Part shown: positions 9,963 through 18,926 of the stretch, in pieces | Position numbering within the stretch: position 1 is the stretch's first letter | Layout of the letters: every line of letters starts with the position of its first letter | IMG/VR virus record: IMGVR_UViG_3300001683_001688 | Location: 1-52,835 of that record | DNA from: a virus | Lineage: Duplodnaviria > Caudoviricetes | Length of the DNA stretch: 52,835 nt | Strand: one strand, 5' to 3' | Made by a program: the position numbers and the translations under genes | The notes under the pieces: generated by a model | Told to the model about the DNA's origin: nothing | What the model saw: the letters and a program-made list of their open reading frames with translations, nothing else | Databases searched by the model: none

Positions 9963-10976
9963 ATGAAAAATATAATATTAGAATATGTGTGGCTTGACGG
10001 CTACTCCACGCAAAATTTAAGAAGCAAGATTAAGGTTTTGCATACTGATAATTTAAAGATCGACATTGAAGATGTTCCGGTTTGGAATTTTGACGGAAGC
10101 TCAACAAGACAGGCACCTGGATACGATTCAGAGTGCTTGCTTTCTCCCGTGAGGCTTTATGGTCTAACAGGAGGTTATCACTATGTGATGTGTGAGGTGC
10201 TGAATTCAGATGGCACTCCTCACGTTTCAAACTCAAGAGCTTTGCTTGCAGAGCTTGGGGATAATTTTAATGAAGCAGGGTTTTGGTGGGGATTCGAGCA
10301 GGAATATTTTATAACAAAAGATAAGAGTCCAATTGGTTTTCCGCAGACTGGGCATCCTGACTCACAAGGAAGATATTATTGCTCAGTTGGCGGAAGTAAT
10401 GCGATTGGTCGAGATATTGCTACCGCACATCTTTATAATTGCCTAAGGCTTGGAATAAAACTAACAGGTATAAATGCAGAAGTGGCTCCGTCACAGTGGG
10501 AGTATCAGTGCTTTGCTGAAGATACTCTTAAGGCTTGCGATGATCTCTGGATGAGCAGATATTTTCTGCTAAGAGCAGCAGAGAAAGAAGGACTAGATAT
10601 AGACTTTTCACCCAAACCAGTGAAGGGCGACTGGAATGGTTCCGGCTGCCACACAAATTTCTCAACTAGAGAGATGAGAAATATTGGTGGATATCCTCTT
10701 TTTAATGATGTACTAGAGAATTTTAGGGAATATCATAAAACTCACATGGGGCAATATGGTGAAAATAATGACCAAAGACTTACGGGAGACCACGAGACAC
10801 AAAAAATTAATATGTTCTCTTGGGGTATAGCTGATAGAGGCGCATCATTAAGGGTGCCATCATCTGTTCCTAATGATGACTGGAAGGGATATCTTGAGGA
10901 TAGAAGACCAGCATCAAATTGTGATCCATATAGTGTCGCATTAGAAATTGTTAAGTCAACTTTATTTCTTAGGTAA
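9963..10976 (+). CDS. glnII: glutamine synthetase type II
   Basis: EYVWLDG, WNFDGSST, GFEQEY, NAEVAPSQWEYQ, WNGSGCHTNFS, RLTGDHET, RGASLRVP, YLEDRRPASNCDPY; about 340 aa, the GSII size class. Confidence 0.92.
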   Translation: MKNIILEYVWLDGYSTQNLRSKIKVLHTDNLKIDIEDVPVWNFDGSSTRQAPGYDSECLLSPVRLYGLTGGYHYVMCEVLNSDGTPHVSNSRALLAELGDNFNEAGFWWGFEQEYFITKDKSPIGFPQTGHPDSQGRYYCSVGGSNAIGRDIATAHLYNCLRLGIKLTGINAEVAPSQWEYQCFAEDTLKACDDLWMSRYFLLRAAEKEGLDIDFSPKPVKGDWNGSGCHTNFSTREMRNIGGYPLFNDVLENFREYHKTHMGQYGENNDQRLTGDHETQKINMFSWGIADRGASLRVPSSVPNDDWKGYLEDRRPASNCDPYSVALEIVKSTLFLR

Positions 10977-10990
10977 GTTATAAAATAGTT

Positions 10991-11425
10991 ATGTCTATTA
11001 TGCTTATATCAACACACGTTTGTAAGACACAGAATATAGGTGTTTACGGAAGCCTCTTTGGTGGGACAATGCTTGGATGGCTAGACGAAGCTGGTGCTGC
11101 ATTTGCTGCTCAAATTTGTGGAAGCCCAAGGATGGTTACTAAGTCAATATCTGAAGTTGTATTTGAAAAGCCAGTGAGACCAGGCCAGATAATTAAGATA
11201 TATGGCGATGTCTTAGAGATCGGAAGATGCTCAATAACTATCAGTCTTCAGGCTAGAAGACATAGTGTATATAACGGTTCTCAAAGAAAGGTTTGTACGA
11301 TTGATATGGTTTTTGTTAGAATTGACGGCGACGGCGAGCCTGTTCCGATTAAAACCATAATGAAAGGGTACGAAGACAGAAGAAGAATCCAAGAAGATAA
11401 GGAAGGTGAGTGTGGCGATAGATAA
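10991..11425 (+). CDS. hot-dog fold acyl-CoA thioesterase (YciA-like)
   Basis: GSLFGGTMLGWLDEAG, VVFEKPV, VFVRID..GEPVP. Confidence 0.85.
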   Translation: MSIMLISTHVCKTQNIGVYGSLFGGTMLGWLDEAGAAFAAQICGSPRMVTKSISEVVFEKPVRPGQIIKIYGDVLEIGRCSITISLQARRHSVYNGSQRKVCTIDMVFVRIDGDGEPVPIKTIMKGYEDRRRIQEDKEGECGDR

Positions 11426-12326
11426 GATTTTTTACAATAAGAGCTCTGCAGATAGTTTAGGGTGGGATCCTACGTGGTTTGGAGAGAAAGAGTTTGATAA
11501 TAACTTAATTACTGCAATTAAAAAGTGGCAGAAAGAAAAAGGATTAGTTGCAGATGGACTTTGTGGACCATCTACTTACAGAAGAGTATGGACAGAGAGA
11601 GATGCAGAGATTGATGAGTACAGACCCTACGATCACAAGAAAAAGGATAAAAGTTATATTGTTCATAATGGTCATTTTATTCCTATAAAGTGGGATAAAG
11701 TAGTCTTGTGGTCTGACAACGGAGGATTTAAAGCCCGAGCGGGAGCATATACAAGCTATGCAGGAAAACCTGACAGAAAGCCTATCATGTTTGTTAATCA
11801 TTGGGACGTGTGTCTATCGTCAGAGTCTTGCGCAAAGGTCTTAAACAAGAGAGGAATATCTGTTCACTTTCTTATTGATAACGATGGGACAATCTATCAG
11901 ATGCTAGACACTCAGCACAAGGCATGGCATGCAGGAATTTCAAATGGTGTCGGAGGCAACGAGAGAGGTGTCGGTGTAGAGATATCAAACGCGTATTACA
12001 CAAAGTATCAGTCGTGGTATGAAAGGCACGGATTTGGGGAAAGGCCGATACAAGAGAACGGTGTTGTCCATGGATCAACTCTTTCTCCGTTTATGGATTT
12101 TTACCCTGTGCAAATTGATGCTCTAAAGGCTCTTTGGCAGTCGATGCATGATGGGCTTAATATTCCTCTTAAATACCCGGAGACATCTGATGGAGAGCTT
12201 AACACGAGTGTTCACAAGGACTGTGTGCGCGGAAAGTTTGAAGGAATATGCAATCACTATAACTTCACGAAAGGGAAGATTGATTGTGCAGGTCTAGAGA
12301 TAGACAAGATTTTAGAAGACATGTAG
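11406..12326 (+). CDS. N-acetylmuramoyl-L-alanine amidase (Amidase_2) with peptidoglycan-binding domain
   Basis: PG_binding_1-like AIKKWQKEKGLVADGLCGPST; amidase motifs FVNHWD, SVHFLIDNDG, AWHAG, GVEISN, ICNH...KIDC. Confidence 0.85.
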   Translation: MSVAIDKIFYNKSSADSLGWDPTWFGEKEFDNNLITAIKKWQKEKGLVADGLCGPSTYRRVWTERDAEIDEYRPYDHKKKDKSYIVHNGHFIPIKWDKVVLWSDNGGFKARAGAYTSYAGKPDRKPIMFVNHWDVCLSSESCAKVLNKRGISVHFLIDNDGTIYQMLDTQHKAWHAGISNGVGGNERGVGVEISNAYYTKYQSWYERHGFGERPIQENGVVHGSTLSPFMDFYPVQIDALKALWQSMHDGLNIPLKYPETSDGELNTSVHKDCVRGKFEGICNHYNFTKGKIDCAGLEIDKILEDM

Positions 12327-12340
12327 CCTCGGGGTATAAA

Positions 12341-13057
12341 TTGTCATATGAGCGAAGAATTGTACTATACAGCGACAATGTGGGATCAGTTGAGTATGTA
12401 TCACATATGGGGACCGATCTTAGTGTTGTTAATAGTGCTAGGGTGTCTTTTGGAAAGAATAAAGCCGTTTTAGACAATAAAGATAAAAAACTTATACAGT
12501 ATCTTATTAAGCATAAACACACAAGCACACTTGAGCATAATGTTGTCACATTCCGTTTTTGTGTGCCCCTATATATCCGTAGCCAGCATCATCGTCACAG
12601 AACCTGGTCATACAATGAAATCTCTAGAAGATATACCGATATTGACATACGGTTCTATGAGCCACAAGAGTTTCGCACTCAACACAAATCAAATCGACAA
12701 GCATCTAATACTGAAGAAATGATCAATCCAATAATGATTCCAGATCTTTCTGATTCTGACTATGGAACGCACGCAAATCAAAGAATTTCTGAACACCACA
12801 TAACGTCAGTTAATCTATATAACGACTTAATGGCAAAAGGTGTTTGCCGAGAACAAGCCCGCGGAGTTCTTCCTCAGAATCTTTATACCGAATACTACGG
12901 CACAGTCAATCTGTCTAACCTCTTGAAGTTTATTGATCTGCGCACTCACGAGGGAGCACAATGGGAAATCCAGAAACTTGCCGAAGCCTGCTTGGACATC
13001 GCCACCGATTTGTGGCCAGTCACTGTGAATGCATACCGTGAGATAAGAGTCAGATAA
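12341..13057 (+). CDS. thyX: flavin-dependent thymidylate synthase ThyX (canonical)
   Basis: VNSARVSF, HTSTLEH, signature RHRTWSYNEISRRY, REQARGVLP, AQWEI; likely TTG start at 12341 after GGGGT. Confidence 0.93.
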   Translation: MSYERRIVLYSDNVGSVEYVSHMGTDLSVVNSARVSFGKNKAVLDNKDKKLIQYLIKHKHTSTLEHNVVTFRFCVPLYIRSQHHRHRTWSYNEISRRYTDIDIRFYEPQEFRTQHKSNRQASNTEEMINPIMIPDLSDSDYGTHANQRISEHHITSVNLYNDLMAKGVCREQARGVLPQNLYTEYYGTVNLSNLLKFIDLRTHEGAQWEIQKLAEACLDIATDLWPVTVNAYREIRVR

Positions 13058-13102
13058 TAAACTAGCGAAGCAATTTCTTATCTATAGATTGGAGAAAAAA
13101 TA

Positions 13103-14065
13103 ATGCAGACTTTAGATAGACTAAGAATGCTTATTGAGAGGAACGGTGGCTTTGTGAATGCCCACGCTCATTTTGATAGAGCCTACACTGCTCAAACAAG
13201 CGACTTTGAGAATAACAATGTTAATGCTCATCTGTTTAAAAAGTGGGAGCTAGTCAATAAGTTTAAGTCCGAATCAAGTATAGAGAGATATTACAATCAC
13301 ATCTCAGAAGCCATCGCTATTCAGGTTAAGATGGGATGGAGTAACGCTGCCCTTAGTTTTATTGACTGCGATCAGATAAGTGAGAACAGAGCGCTCACAG
13401 CTGCCCTTAAAGCCAAGAGAGACTGGGAAGGCACATATGATCTTAAGATCGCATGTCAAACCTTACAAGGTGTTTTGGAACCAGAGCCTCGTAAATGGTT
13501 TGATAAATACGCTGGTGCTTTTGATGTTATCGGTGGATTGCCTCGTAAAGATGAAGGCCGAGAGGCCGAACATATTGATGTCTTGATGAAAACAGCAAAG
13601 TGTAATGGGCAAAGAGTTCATGTTCACGTAGATCAATTGAATTCTTCAGACGAGAAAGAGACTGAACTTCTTGCGCGCAAGACAATAGAGCACGGAATGG
13701 AGGGAAGGGTTACAGCAGTGCATAGTATTTCATTGGCATGCCATCCTGAGAAATATCGCAAAGAAGTTTATAAGATGTGCCTTGATGCTGACTTAAGTTT
13801 TATTTCTTGTCCTACTGCTTGGATCGATCATCGACGAAATGAAAGATTGACCGTCACTCACAATGCGATTACTCCTATTGATGAGATGGTCCCTCTCGGT
13901 CTCTGTGTAGCAATCGGCTCTGACAATATATGTGATGTTTATAAGCCATTTTCTGATGGCGATATGATGGCTGAGCTACGATTCCTTCTTGAGGCGACAC
14001 ATTTTTATGATATCGATTCACTAGTTAAGATCGCCACAGAGAATGGAAGAAAGATTATCTCTTAA
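13103..14065 (+). CDS. metal-dependent amidohydrolase, cytosine deaminase (CodA)-like
   Basis: FVNAHAHFD (HxH), VIGGLP, HVHVDQ, AVHSISL, AIGSDN; strong RBS GGAGA. Confidence 0.78.
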   Translation: MQTLDRLRMLIERNGGFVNAHAHFDRAYTAQTSDFENNNVNAHLFKKWELVNKFKSESSIERYYNHISEAIAIQVKMGWSNAALSFIDCDQISENRALTAALKAKRDWEGTYDLKIACQTLQGVLEPEPRKWFDKYAGAFDVIGGLPRKDEGREAEHIDVLMKTAKCNGQRVHVHVDQLNSSDEKETELLARKTIEHGMEGRVTAVHSISLACHPEKYRKEVYKMCLDADLSFISCPTAWIDHRRNERLTVTHNAITPIDEMVPLGLCVAIGSDNICDVYKPFSDGDMMAELRFLLEATHFYDIDSLVKIATENGRKIIS

Positions 14066-14105
14066 GGCAACATTTTATATCAAGAAAATTATTTTGAGGT
14101 GATAA

Positions 14106-14252
14106 ATGAAAATTATTGAAGTTATAGAAGATGCGATGGTCTCAGCAAAGCTAAGTGATGAGGAAAAGAAAGAATTGGCCAAGCTGATATCTGCAGCATT
14201 GCAAAAACAATTCCATATTGCAGCTTATGGAGAGCAGATAAATTTTGAGTAA
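14106..14252 (+). CDS. small helical hypothetical protein (48 aa), not in the ORF track
   Basis: MKIIEVIEDAMVSAKLSDEEKKELAKLISAALQKQFHIAAYGEQINFE*, preceded by GAGGTG RBS. Confidence 0.6.
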   Translation: MKIIEVIEDAMVSAKLSDEEKKELAKLISAALQKQFHIAAYGEQINFE

Positions 14253-14307
14253 TAATGATTATTTCTTAAGGAGCGAAGAATGAAATTTGTAACTTTCTTG
14301 GCATCAC

Positions 14308-14363
14308 AATAAACAACCGTTTATTATTGAAAATGATAAATAAACAACTGTTTATTGTTGAAA
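14308..14363. repeat. two tandem copies of an 18-bp interrupted palindrome (operator-like)
   Basis: AATAAAC-AACC-GTTTATT-attgaaa at 14308 and AATAAAC-AACT-GTTTATT-gttgaaa at 14339; 31-bp period. Confidence 0.8.
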
Positions 14364-14431
14364 TAATTTTGAACTGAAGATTTTTTTCTGAGTGTTATAC
14401 TTATTATAGAGTAGGTTTCTTTAGTAATGCC

Positions 14432-14758
14432 GTGAAAATTAAATCAGATAGACACTACCTTGTGAGTCTTATAGTTCTTCTATTGATGAATTTGTTCGAT
14501 TCTATTGCGACGGCCGTGTGGATTACATTGGGCGTAGCTGTAGAGCTGAATCCTCTTATGGATTACCTGTTGGATTTTGGTCCCGGTATCTTTATGTTGA
14601 CAAAGAACTTGCTGGTTGTACTTTGTGTCTTTCTCTTATGGAGGCTAAGACACTCAGCTTTAGCACGACCTATAGTTCTAGTAACATCTATTGCCTATCT
14701 CATAGTTACTATTATACACCTATACGGATTGAGCATGATAGTAACCTGCTTGAGGTGA
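14432..14758 (+). CDS. small membrane protein, DUF5658-like
   Basis: LMNLFDSIAT...AVELNPLM...FMLTK pattern with three hydrophobic segments. Confidence 0.65.
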   Translation: MKIKSDRHYLVSLIVLLLMNLFDSIATAVWITLGVAVELNPLMDYLLDFGPGIFMLTKNLLVVLCVFLLWRLRHSALARPIVLVTSIAYLIVTIIHLYGLSMIVTCLR

Positions 14759-14762
14759 ATAA

Positions 14763-15191
14763 GTGATAAGCATGCAAACATCAATTAATTTCTTATTAAT
14801 AGTTCTACTAATATGCGCTTTCTTTACGCTAGGGAGGTGGACAGGTTGGCAAGAAGAGAGGACTAGAGAGCATAAGATACAGCCAAAGTCAAAGCCAATA
14901 GTTAGAAAAATAGAGAAAAAAGTAGAGCTAAATAGAAAGAAGTTTAACTTTGAAAATCACCTTGAAGATAGAGCAATAATTGATGCAGAGTATGAGGATG
15001 TTGTTGATCTTCAAAAATATATTAAGAGAAGAGATAGCAGAAAAGAGCAGTCAGTAGATGAGACGTCTGAGTTCACGTTTATATACTCAAAGAGAGATGA
15101 TCGTCTAATACGTGTCCCTAGGGAGATATCTGATCTCCTAGATGAGATTAAAAATCTAAGAGATGACATAGACACAGACACATATCGCTAA
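14763..15191 (+). CDS. hypothetical protein with N-terminal membrane anchor
   Basis: Hydrophobic N-terminus followed by a charged domain; GAGGTG RBS. Confidence 0.6.
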   Translation: MISMQTSINFLLIVLLICAFFTLGRWTGWQEERTREHKIQPKSKPIVRKIEKKVELNRKKFNFENHLEDRAIIDAEYEDVVDLQKYIKRRDSRKEQSVDETSEFTFIYSKRDDRLIRVPREISDLLDEIKNLRDDIDTDTYR

Positions 15192-15206
15192 AATGATACA
15201 GTTGCT

Positions 15207-15381
15207 AGCGGTGTCTTAGAGACGCTCTAAGACACTCGTTCGAATATCTAAGGTATGTACACATGATAGCTGGCAAGAGGACCCCAGGGGGCTCTACAGC
15301 ATCGGAAAGTATGCTTCCGATGCCTACCAGATATTCTGCCTGGGAAACTGGAGAGATGTTCAACCAAAGGACCATACCTTA
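15207..15381. ncRNA. candidate structured non-coding RNA / cis element
   Basis: GC-richer intergenic region with an 11-bp hairpin (15211-15235) and nested helices 15249-57/15373-81, 15283-88/15339-44 and 15299-307/15315-23. Confidence 0.5.
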
Positions 15382-15469
15382 AATGACTACCACAGCTGAT
15401 TAAAGTCTCAACATCTGTAATATTTACTGTATAACGATATATTTAATATCATAATGCAGAGGCGAAATA

Positions 15470-15811
15470 ATGAAGATAAAACGTAGTCATCTTAGAAGAT
15501 TAATAAAAGAAGAGCTTGCAAGGGTGCTTAACGAAACTGAAACAGCAGCTGATGCTCTTCCACGTGAAATCCAGAAAAAGCTAACATCTCTTATGAGCCA
15601 AATACTTGAGTCAGGATCTGGGAGATTTCAAGCATCTTTCTCTGTAGTGCCTGGTGAGAGACTAGCCTCTGTTTCTGAGGTTGTCGTAGATGAAGCTACA
15701 ACGCATCCTGCTTCAGCTGACATTGAGAAATTTTTAACATCAGGAAGAGGCAGATTGACTTTGAATGATGTTCCTGAACCTGGCCAATATTATATTACAA
15801 TTATTGCATAA
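15470..15811 (+). CDS. hypothetical protein with N-terminal head-protein-like motif
   Basis: MKIKRSHLRRLIKEELARVLNE N-terminus; GAGG RBS. Confidence 0.7.
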   Translation: MKIKRSHLRRLIKEELARVLNETETAADALPREIQKKLTSLMSQILESGSGRFQASFSVVPGERLASVSEVVVDEATTHPASADIEKFLTSGRGRLTLNDVPEPGQYYITIIA

Positions 15812-15816
15812 GGCGA

Positions 15817-15845
15817 TTGTAAATTGAAGCTTGGTGATGTATAAT
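15817..15845 (+). promoter_or_regulatory. sigma70-like promoter
   Basis: TTGTAA-N17-TATAAT. Confidence 0.65.
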
Positions 15846-15878
15846 ACTAATATAACCAAGCACAGGATGGTTTTTCTA

Positions 15879-16208
15879 ATGACAAGTAAGTTGCTTTTGT
15901 TTTGTTCTATTTGTACCCTAGGTTGCTCTGATACAGATATCCTGATTGATTCTTATGGGCTAGATCATCAACCTTCACACTCGATATTCTGCGGCCCAAG
16001 TGAGCTCGAGTCGAACTCTCTATACGTGTCGTCTATCTTTACGAAGAGTTACGACTCAGGATATATAGCAGATGTTGCTGTTGTTGAGACAGATGAGATG
16101 GATTACCTTGTTAATATGCTGGAGACAGAAGATGGCGAGATCGAAGGATATGTTGAGATTCCATATTCAAGCTGTGAAGACGTCAAGGTTACATTTCTCT
16201 CTGAGTAG
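15879..16208 (+). CDS. putative lipoprotein
   Basis: MTSKLLLFCSICTLGC lipobox-like signal. Start moved to 15879 because the listed TTG at 15831 lies inside the promoter. Confidence 0.55.
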   Translation: MTSKLLLFCSICTLGCSDTDILIDSYGLDHQPSHSIFCGPSELESNSLYVSSIFTKSYDSGYIADVAVVETDEMDYLVNMLETEDGEIEGYVEIPYSSCEDVKVTFLSE

Positions 16209-16235
16209 TAGCACACAAGCAGCATATTTAATCAT

Positions 16236-17183
16236 ATGCTAATCACAGAGAAAAGACTTAGACGTCTAATAAGACGAGCGCTACTAGAGCAAGACTCAAC
16301 GGATAGCGACACTTTAGGTAATAACACATCTGTAGAAGATGATGAATCTGATACCGGTGTAGATACAGAAGATGAGACACTCACTGACAATATTATCAAT
16401 TCTCTATTTGAAAAGGCCAGAGAAGATATCAAGAGACTGTATCGAGCGGCTGACTATAAGCGAAGGGTAATGGATTCAGGAATTATGGCAAATGAGGAAA
16501 AGTTTGACCAATTTCTTGAGAATCTTATGTCAGAGATTGATGAGGCTGTATGGGAACGTAGGGATATACCGAAAGACCAAACACATCTGGGTGAGCTAGA
16601 ATATAGTCCTTCAACTTCAGATAGTCCGACATATGAGGATTATCTTAGAGAGATTCCTACTGTCATTATTAGTGCAAACAGAATAGCAGGCATTGATAAT
16701 CAAGAGATTAAGAATCTGCTCGTTCACGAGCTTTCGCACATAGAGAATCGTCTTTTAGATAGCTATTCAGTTCAGCATGGTAGCACCGGCCAAAGAGCAT
16801 TTAAGAGAGAGATAGGTGATATATTTGTTACACACTCTCAGCTTAGAGGTCTTGGGAATAGGTTTGATACCACTCAGGAGTTTCATGATGTCGTAACAAT
16901 GTGGACATTGGCTATGGGCCCCAGCCAGCCGAGTCATGAGATGGAGATGAGAGCTAGACTTGCTGAGTTAAGAATAAAGATGGGAAAAATCGGTGAGAGT
17001 ATGGAGGATGCTATTATATTTGCTAAGACTGCAAGCTTTAATGATCTTGTAAAGAAATACGGAGAAAATCCGGCACATTTTCTTATCTTTCTAGACTATG
17101 ACAAGGATCTTACTAAATTGACTAATATGGTTGATATGATTGCCAGCGCGTCTCCGCAATCGAAAGTTGATGCTTATGCTTGA
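16236..17183 (+). CDS. putative zincin metallopeptidase with N-terminal head-protein motif
   Basis: LVHELSHIE (HExxH) with downstream EMEMRAR; N-terminus MLITEKRLRRLIRRALLEQ followed by an acidic linker. Confidence 0.6.
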   Translation: MLITEKRLRRLIRRALLEQDSTDSDTLGNNTSVEDDESDTGVDTEDETLTDNIINSLFEKAREDIKRLYRAADYKRRVMDSGIMANEEKFDQFLENLMSEIDEAVWERRDIPKDQTHLGELEYSPSTSDSPTYEDYLREIPTVIISANRIAGIDNQEIKNLLVHELSHIENRLLDSYSVQHGSTGQRAFKREIGDIFVTHSQLRGLGNRFDTTQEFHDVVTMWTLAMGPSQPSHEMEMRARLAELRIKMGKIGESMEDAIIFAKTASFNDLVKKYGENPAHFLIFLDYDKDLTKLTNMVDMIASASPQSKVDAYA

Positions 17184-17193
17184 TAAAATAATT

Positions 17194-17223
17194 TTGTAAA
17201 CTTATGCTACTGTGGTATATAAT
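17194..17223 (+). promoter_or_regulatory. sigma70-like promoter for cglF-like gene
   Basis: TTGTAA-N18-TATAAT, followed by AAGGAG RBS. Confidence 0.55.
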
Positions 17224-17251
17224 AATAATGCAAACAAACAAGGAGTTTTAA

Positions 17252-17521
17252 ATGCAAATGGCTTTTATCTTTTTCACTTTCCTACTTTCTCCAGCAGCTT
17301 TTGCAGGGGATGACGACCATACTAGCTCAAATGGCAAGCAAACTGTAGTCTATAAGCAACGAACAGAGATTGACTTTGAAGGTCTTGAGATCGCAGGTCA
17401 GCTTGTAAAGCCTCAAGGCTCTTTTATCCTTGATAGGCGTCGTGCAAACTTTAATCCTCTTATTGAGCTTCGCGTTGATTTTAATCGTGAGATGGATCAG
17501 TCTGTAGACGAGATTAGGTAG
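17252..17521 (+). CDS. cglF: adventurous gliding motility protein CglF (GltF)-like secreted protein
   Basis: Signal peptide (..SPAAFA) then YKQRTEIDFEGLEIAGQLVKPQGSFI...FNPLIELRVDFNREMDQSVD, matching from recall the CglF pattern YKKKT.IDF....I.G.L.KP.G......F..LI..R..F..E...S.D; 89 aa. Confidence 0.75.
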   Translation: MQMAFIFFTFLLSPAAFAGDDDHTSSNGKQTVVYKQRTEIDFEGLEIAGQLVKPQGSFILDRRRANFNPLIELRVDFNREMDQSVDEIR

Positions 17522-17597
17522 ACAGTAAAATATGCACAAGCTGGCTTATATCTTAAACGAGACTAATTTAATAGTGTAAAATATTACCCGGTGAGTA

Positions 17598-18926
17598 ATG
17601 TCAGCTAGAGCAGTTTATCCTCCCTCTGGATCAAGCGGGGAGTTACAGTTTGTAAATAGTTCTGGGTTGCTAGATGCAGCCCAGGCGTTCTGGGACTCTG
17701 CTAACTCTAAGCTCTTCATATCTGGAAATCTTGAGGTGCTTGGCACAGAGACTGTCATAGACACTCTACATCTTCAGATTGAAGATCGAATAATTGGTCT
17801 TGCAACAGGGTCTGGAGGAGAGGGTGCAGCAGGAGATAGGGGGCTTATATTTCTTATTAGCGGAGAGACAAATCCTTCATTTTACTGGGATGAGTTAGCA
17901 GATGAGTTTAGATTTGCAAGACTAAATAGCACACCTGGTGACGCAACATTCGAAAACCCAGATGTTATACCAGCTGGCGGATATCAGGATGTAAGAGTGA
18001 AGACAATTCATTCAGTCTCTGGTGCAGCTATTGATACTAGCCAAAGAACATTGGCGTCCATAGGAGATGATGCATTTTTCTTTGTGTCAGGTTCTGGGGG
18101 ATCAAAAGGGACGTCTCTAAGATCTACTTCTGTTTTCGGAGGAGATGTTGTTATAAGTGGAACTCTTTACGGAGGGTCTCCTTTAAAAATTGGAGGAGAG
18201 CTAGAGTTTAGCTCCGCACCGGGAGCAACTACATCTATTCAAAATAAAGACGGCAGTGTCAAGATATTCGCATCTGAAGAGGTTAAAATCGGCTCTGATG
18301 CAGGTTCTATTAGACTTATTGATCTTGGCGGATCTACTGCTGGTAAAATTTTTGTTACTGGTTCTGCTAATCCCAAAACAAATAGGCGATTTAAATTTCT
18401 ATCAAAGGGGCAGATACACTTCCATGGTGAAAATCCTAATGCTGTTTCGCCTGGAAGTGACGTGTTTCTGTTTATGTCAGGAGCAATAGACTCAAAGAAA
18501 AATGAAAAAAGAGGGCTATCTTTGTTCGGAGGAGATCTTTTATCCTCTGGATCTTTAATATCTCTAGGTGGAATTTCCGGATCTTTAACAAGATTACATG
18601 ATAATACTTCATATCTAATTTCAGGAAATGATATAACAATAGCTTCATCCTCTAATGGATCAGTAAGTATTTCATCTAATGCACAAGATCAAAGAAATAA
18701 GTTTGTGTACGATGTTACTGGTTCACATAGCGCAGAGAACAATCTAGTTATACCGTCTCTTGATTTTTCTTTAGTTAGCTTTGATCCAAAAAGAGTCGAT
18801 GTGTTTGTTAATGGACAGCTTATGACTTCGGGATCTTCAAAAGACTATACTATACCAGATCTGACTGCTTTGAAATTTTATTTTCAGTTGCTGTCTGGCG
18901 ACATTGTATCAGTTAGAACTTACTAG
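17598..18926 (+). CDS. virion fibre/decoration-like structural protein
   Basis: Gly/Ser-rich beta-type repeats (SGS, FGGD.V.SG); shares two modules with 19394..22066. Confidence 0.6.
   Translation: MSARAVYPPSGSSGELQFVNSSGLLDAAQAFWDSANSKLFISGNLEVLGTETVIDTLHLQIEDRIIGLATGSGGEGAAGDRGLIFLISGETNPSFYWDELADEFRFARLNSTPGDATFENPDVIPAGGYQDVRVKTIHSVSGAAIDTSQRTLASIGDDAFFFVSGSGGSKGTSLRSTSVFGGDVVISGTLYGGSPLKIGGELEFSSAPGATTSIQNKDGSVKIFASEEVKIGSDAGSIRLIDLGGSTAGKIFVTGSANPKTNRRFKFLSKGQIHFHGENPNAVSPGSDVFLFMSGAIDSKKNEKRGLSLFGGDLLSSGSLISLGGISGSLTRLHDNTSYLISGNDITIASSSNGSVSISSNAQDQRNKFVYDVTGSHSAENNLVIPSLDFSLVSFDPKRVDVFVNGQLMTSGSSKDYTIPDLTALKFYFQLLSGDIVSVRTY

Noticed and set aside
8359-11425. Bacterial chromosome origin of the window (isc, clpP, gln, dnaJ, dnaE)
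   Set aside because: Gene order, gp32/gp41-like genes, fibre genes, near-uniform strand use and incomplete host operons (no iscS/R, clpX or dnaK) fit a large phage.
12284-12340. Long N-terminal extension of ThyX overlapping the amidase
   Set aside because: More simply explained by a TTG start at 12341 with an upstream GGGGT RBS.
14308-14363. Possible mini-CRISPR array (palindromic repeats ending in ATTGAAA/GTTGAAA)
   Set aside because: Only two copies, separated by ~6 nt rather than a 30-40-nt spacer, and no cas genes in the window.
15192-15469. tRNA or tmRNA in the structured intergenic region
   Set aside because: No cloverleaf or properly placed T-arm/acceptor stem. GTTCGAAT at 15238 resembles a T-loop, but its flanks do not form a T-stem.
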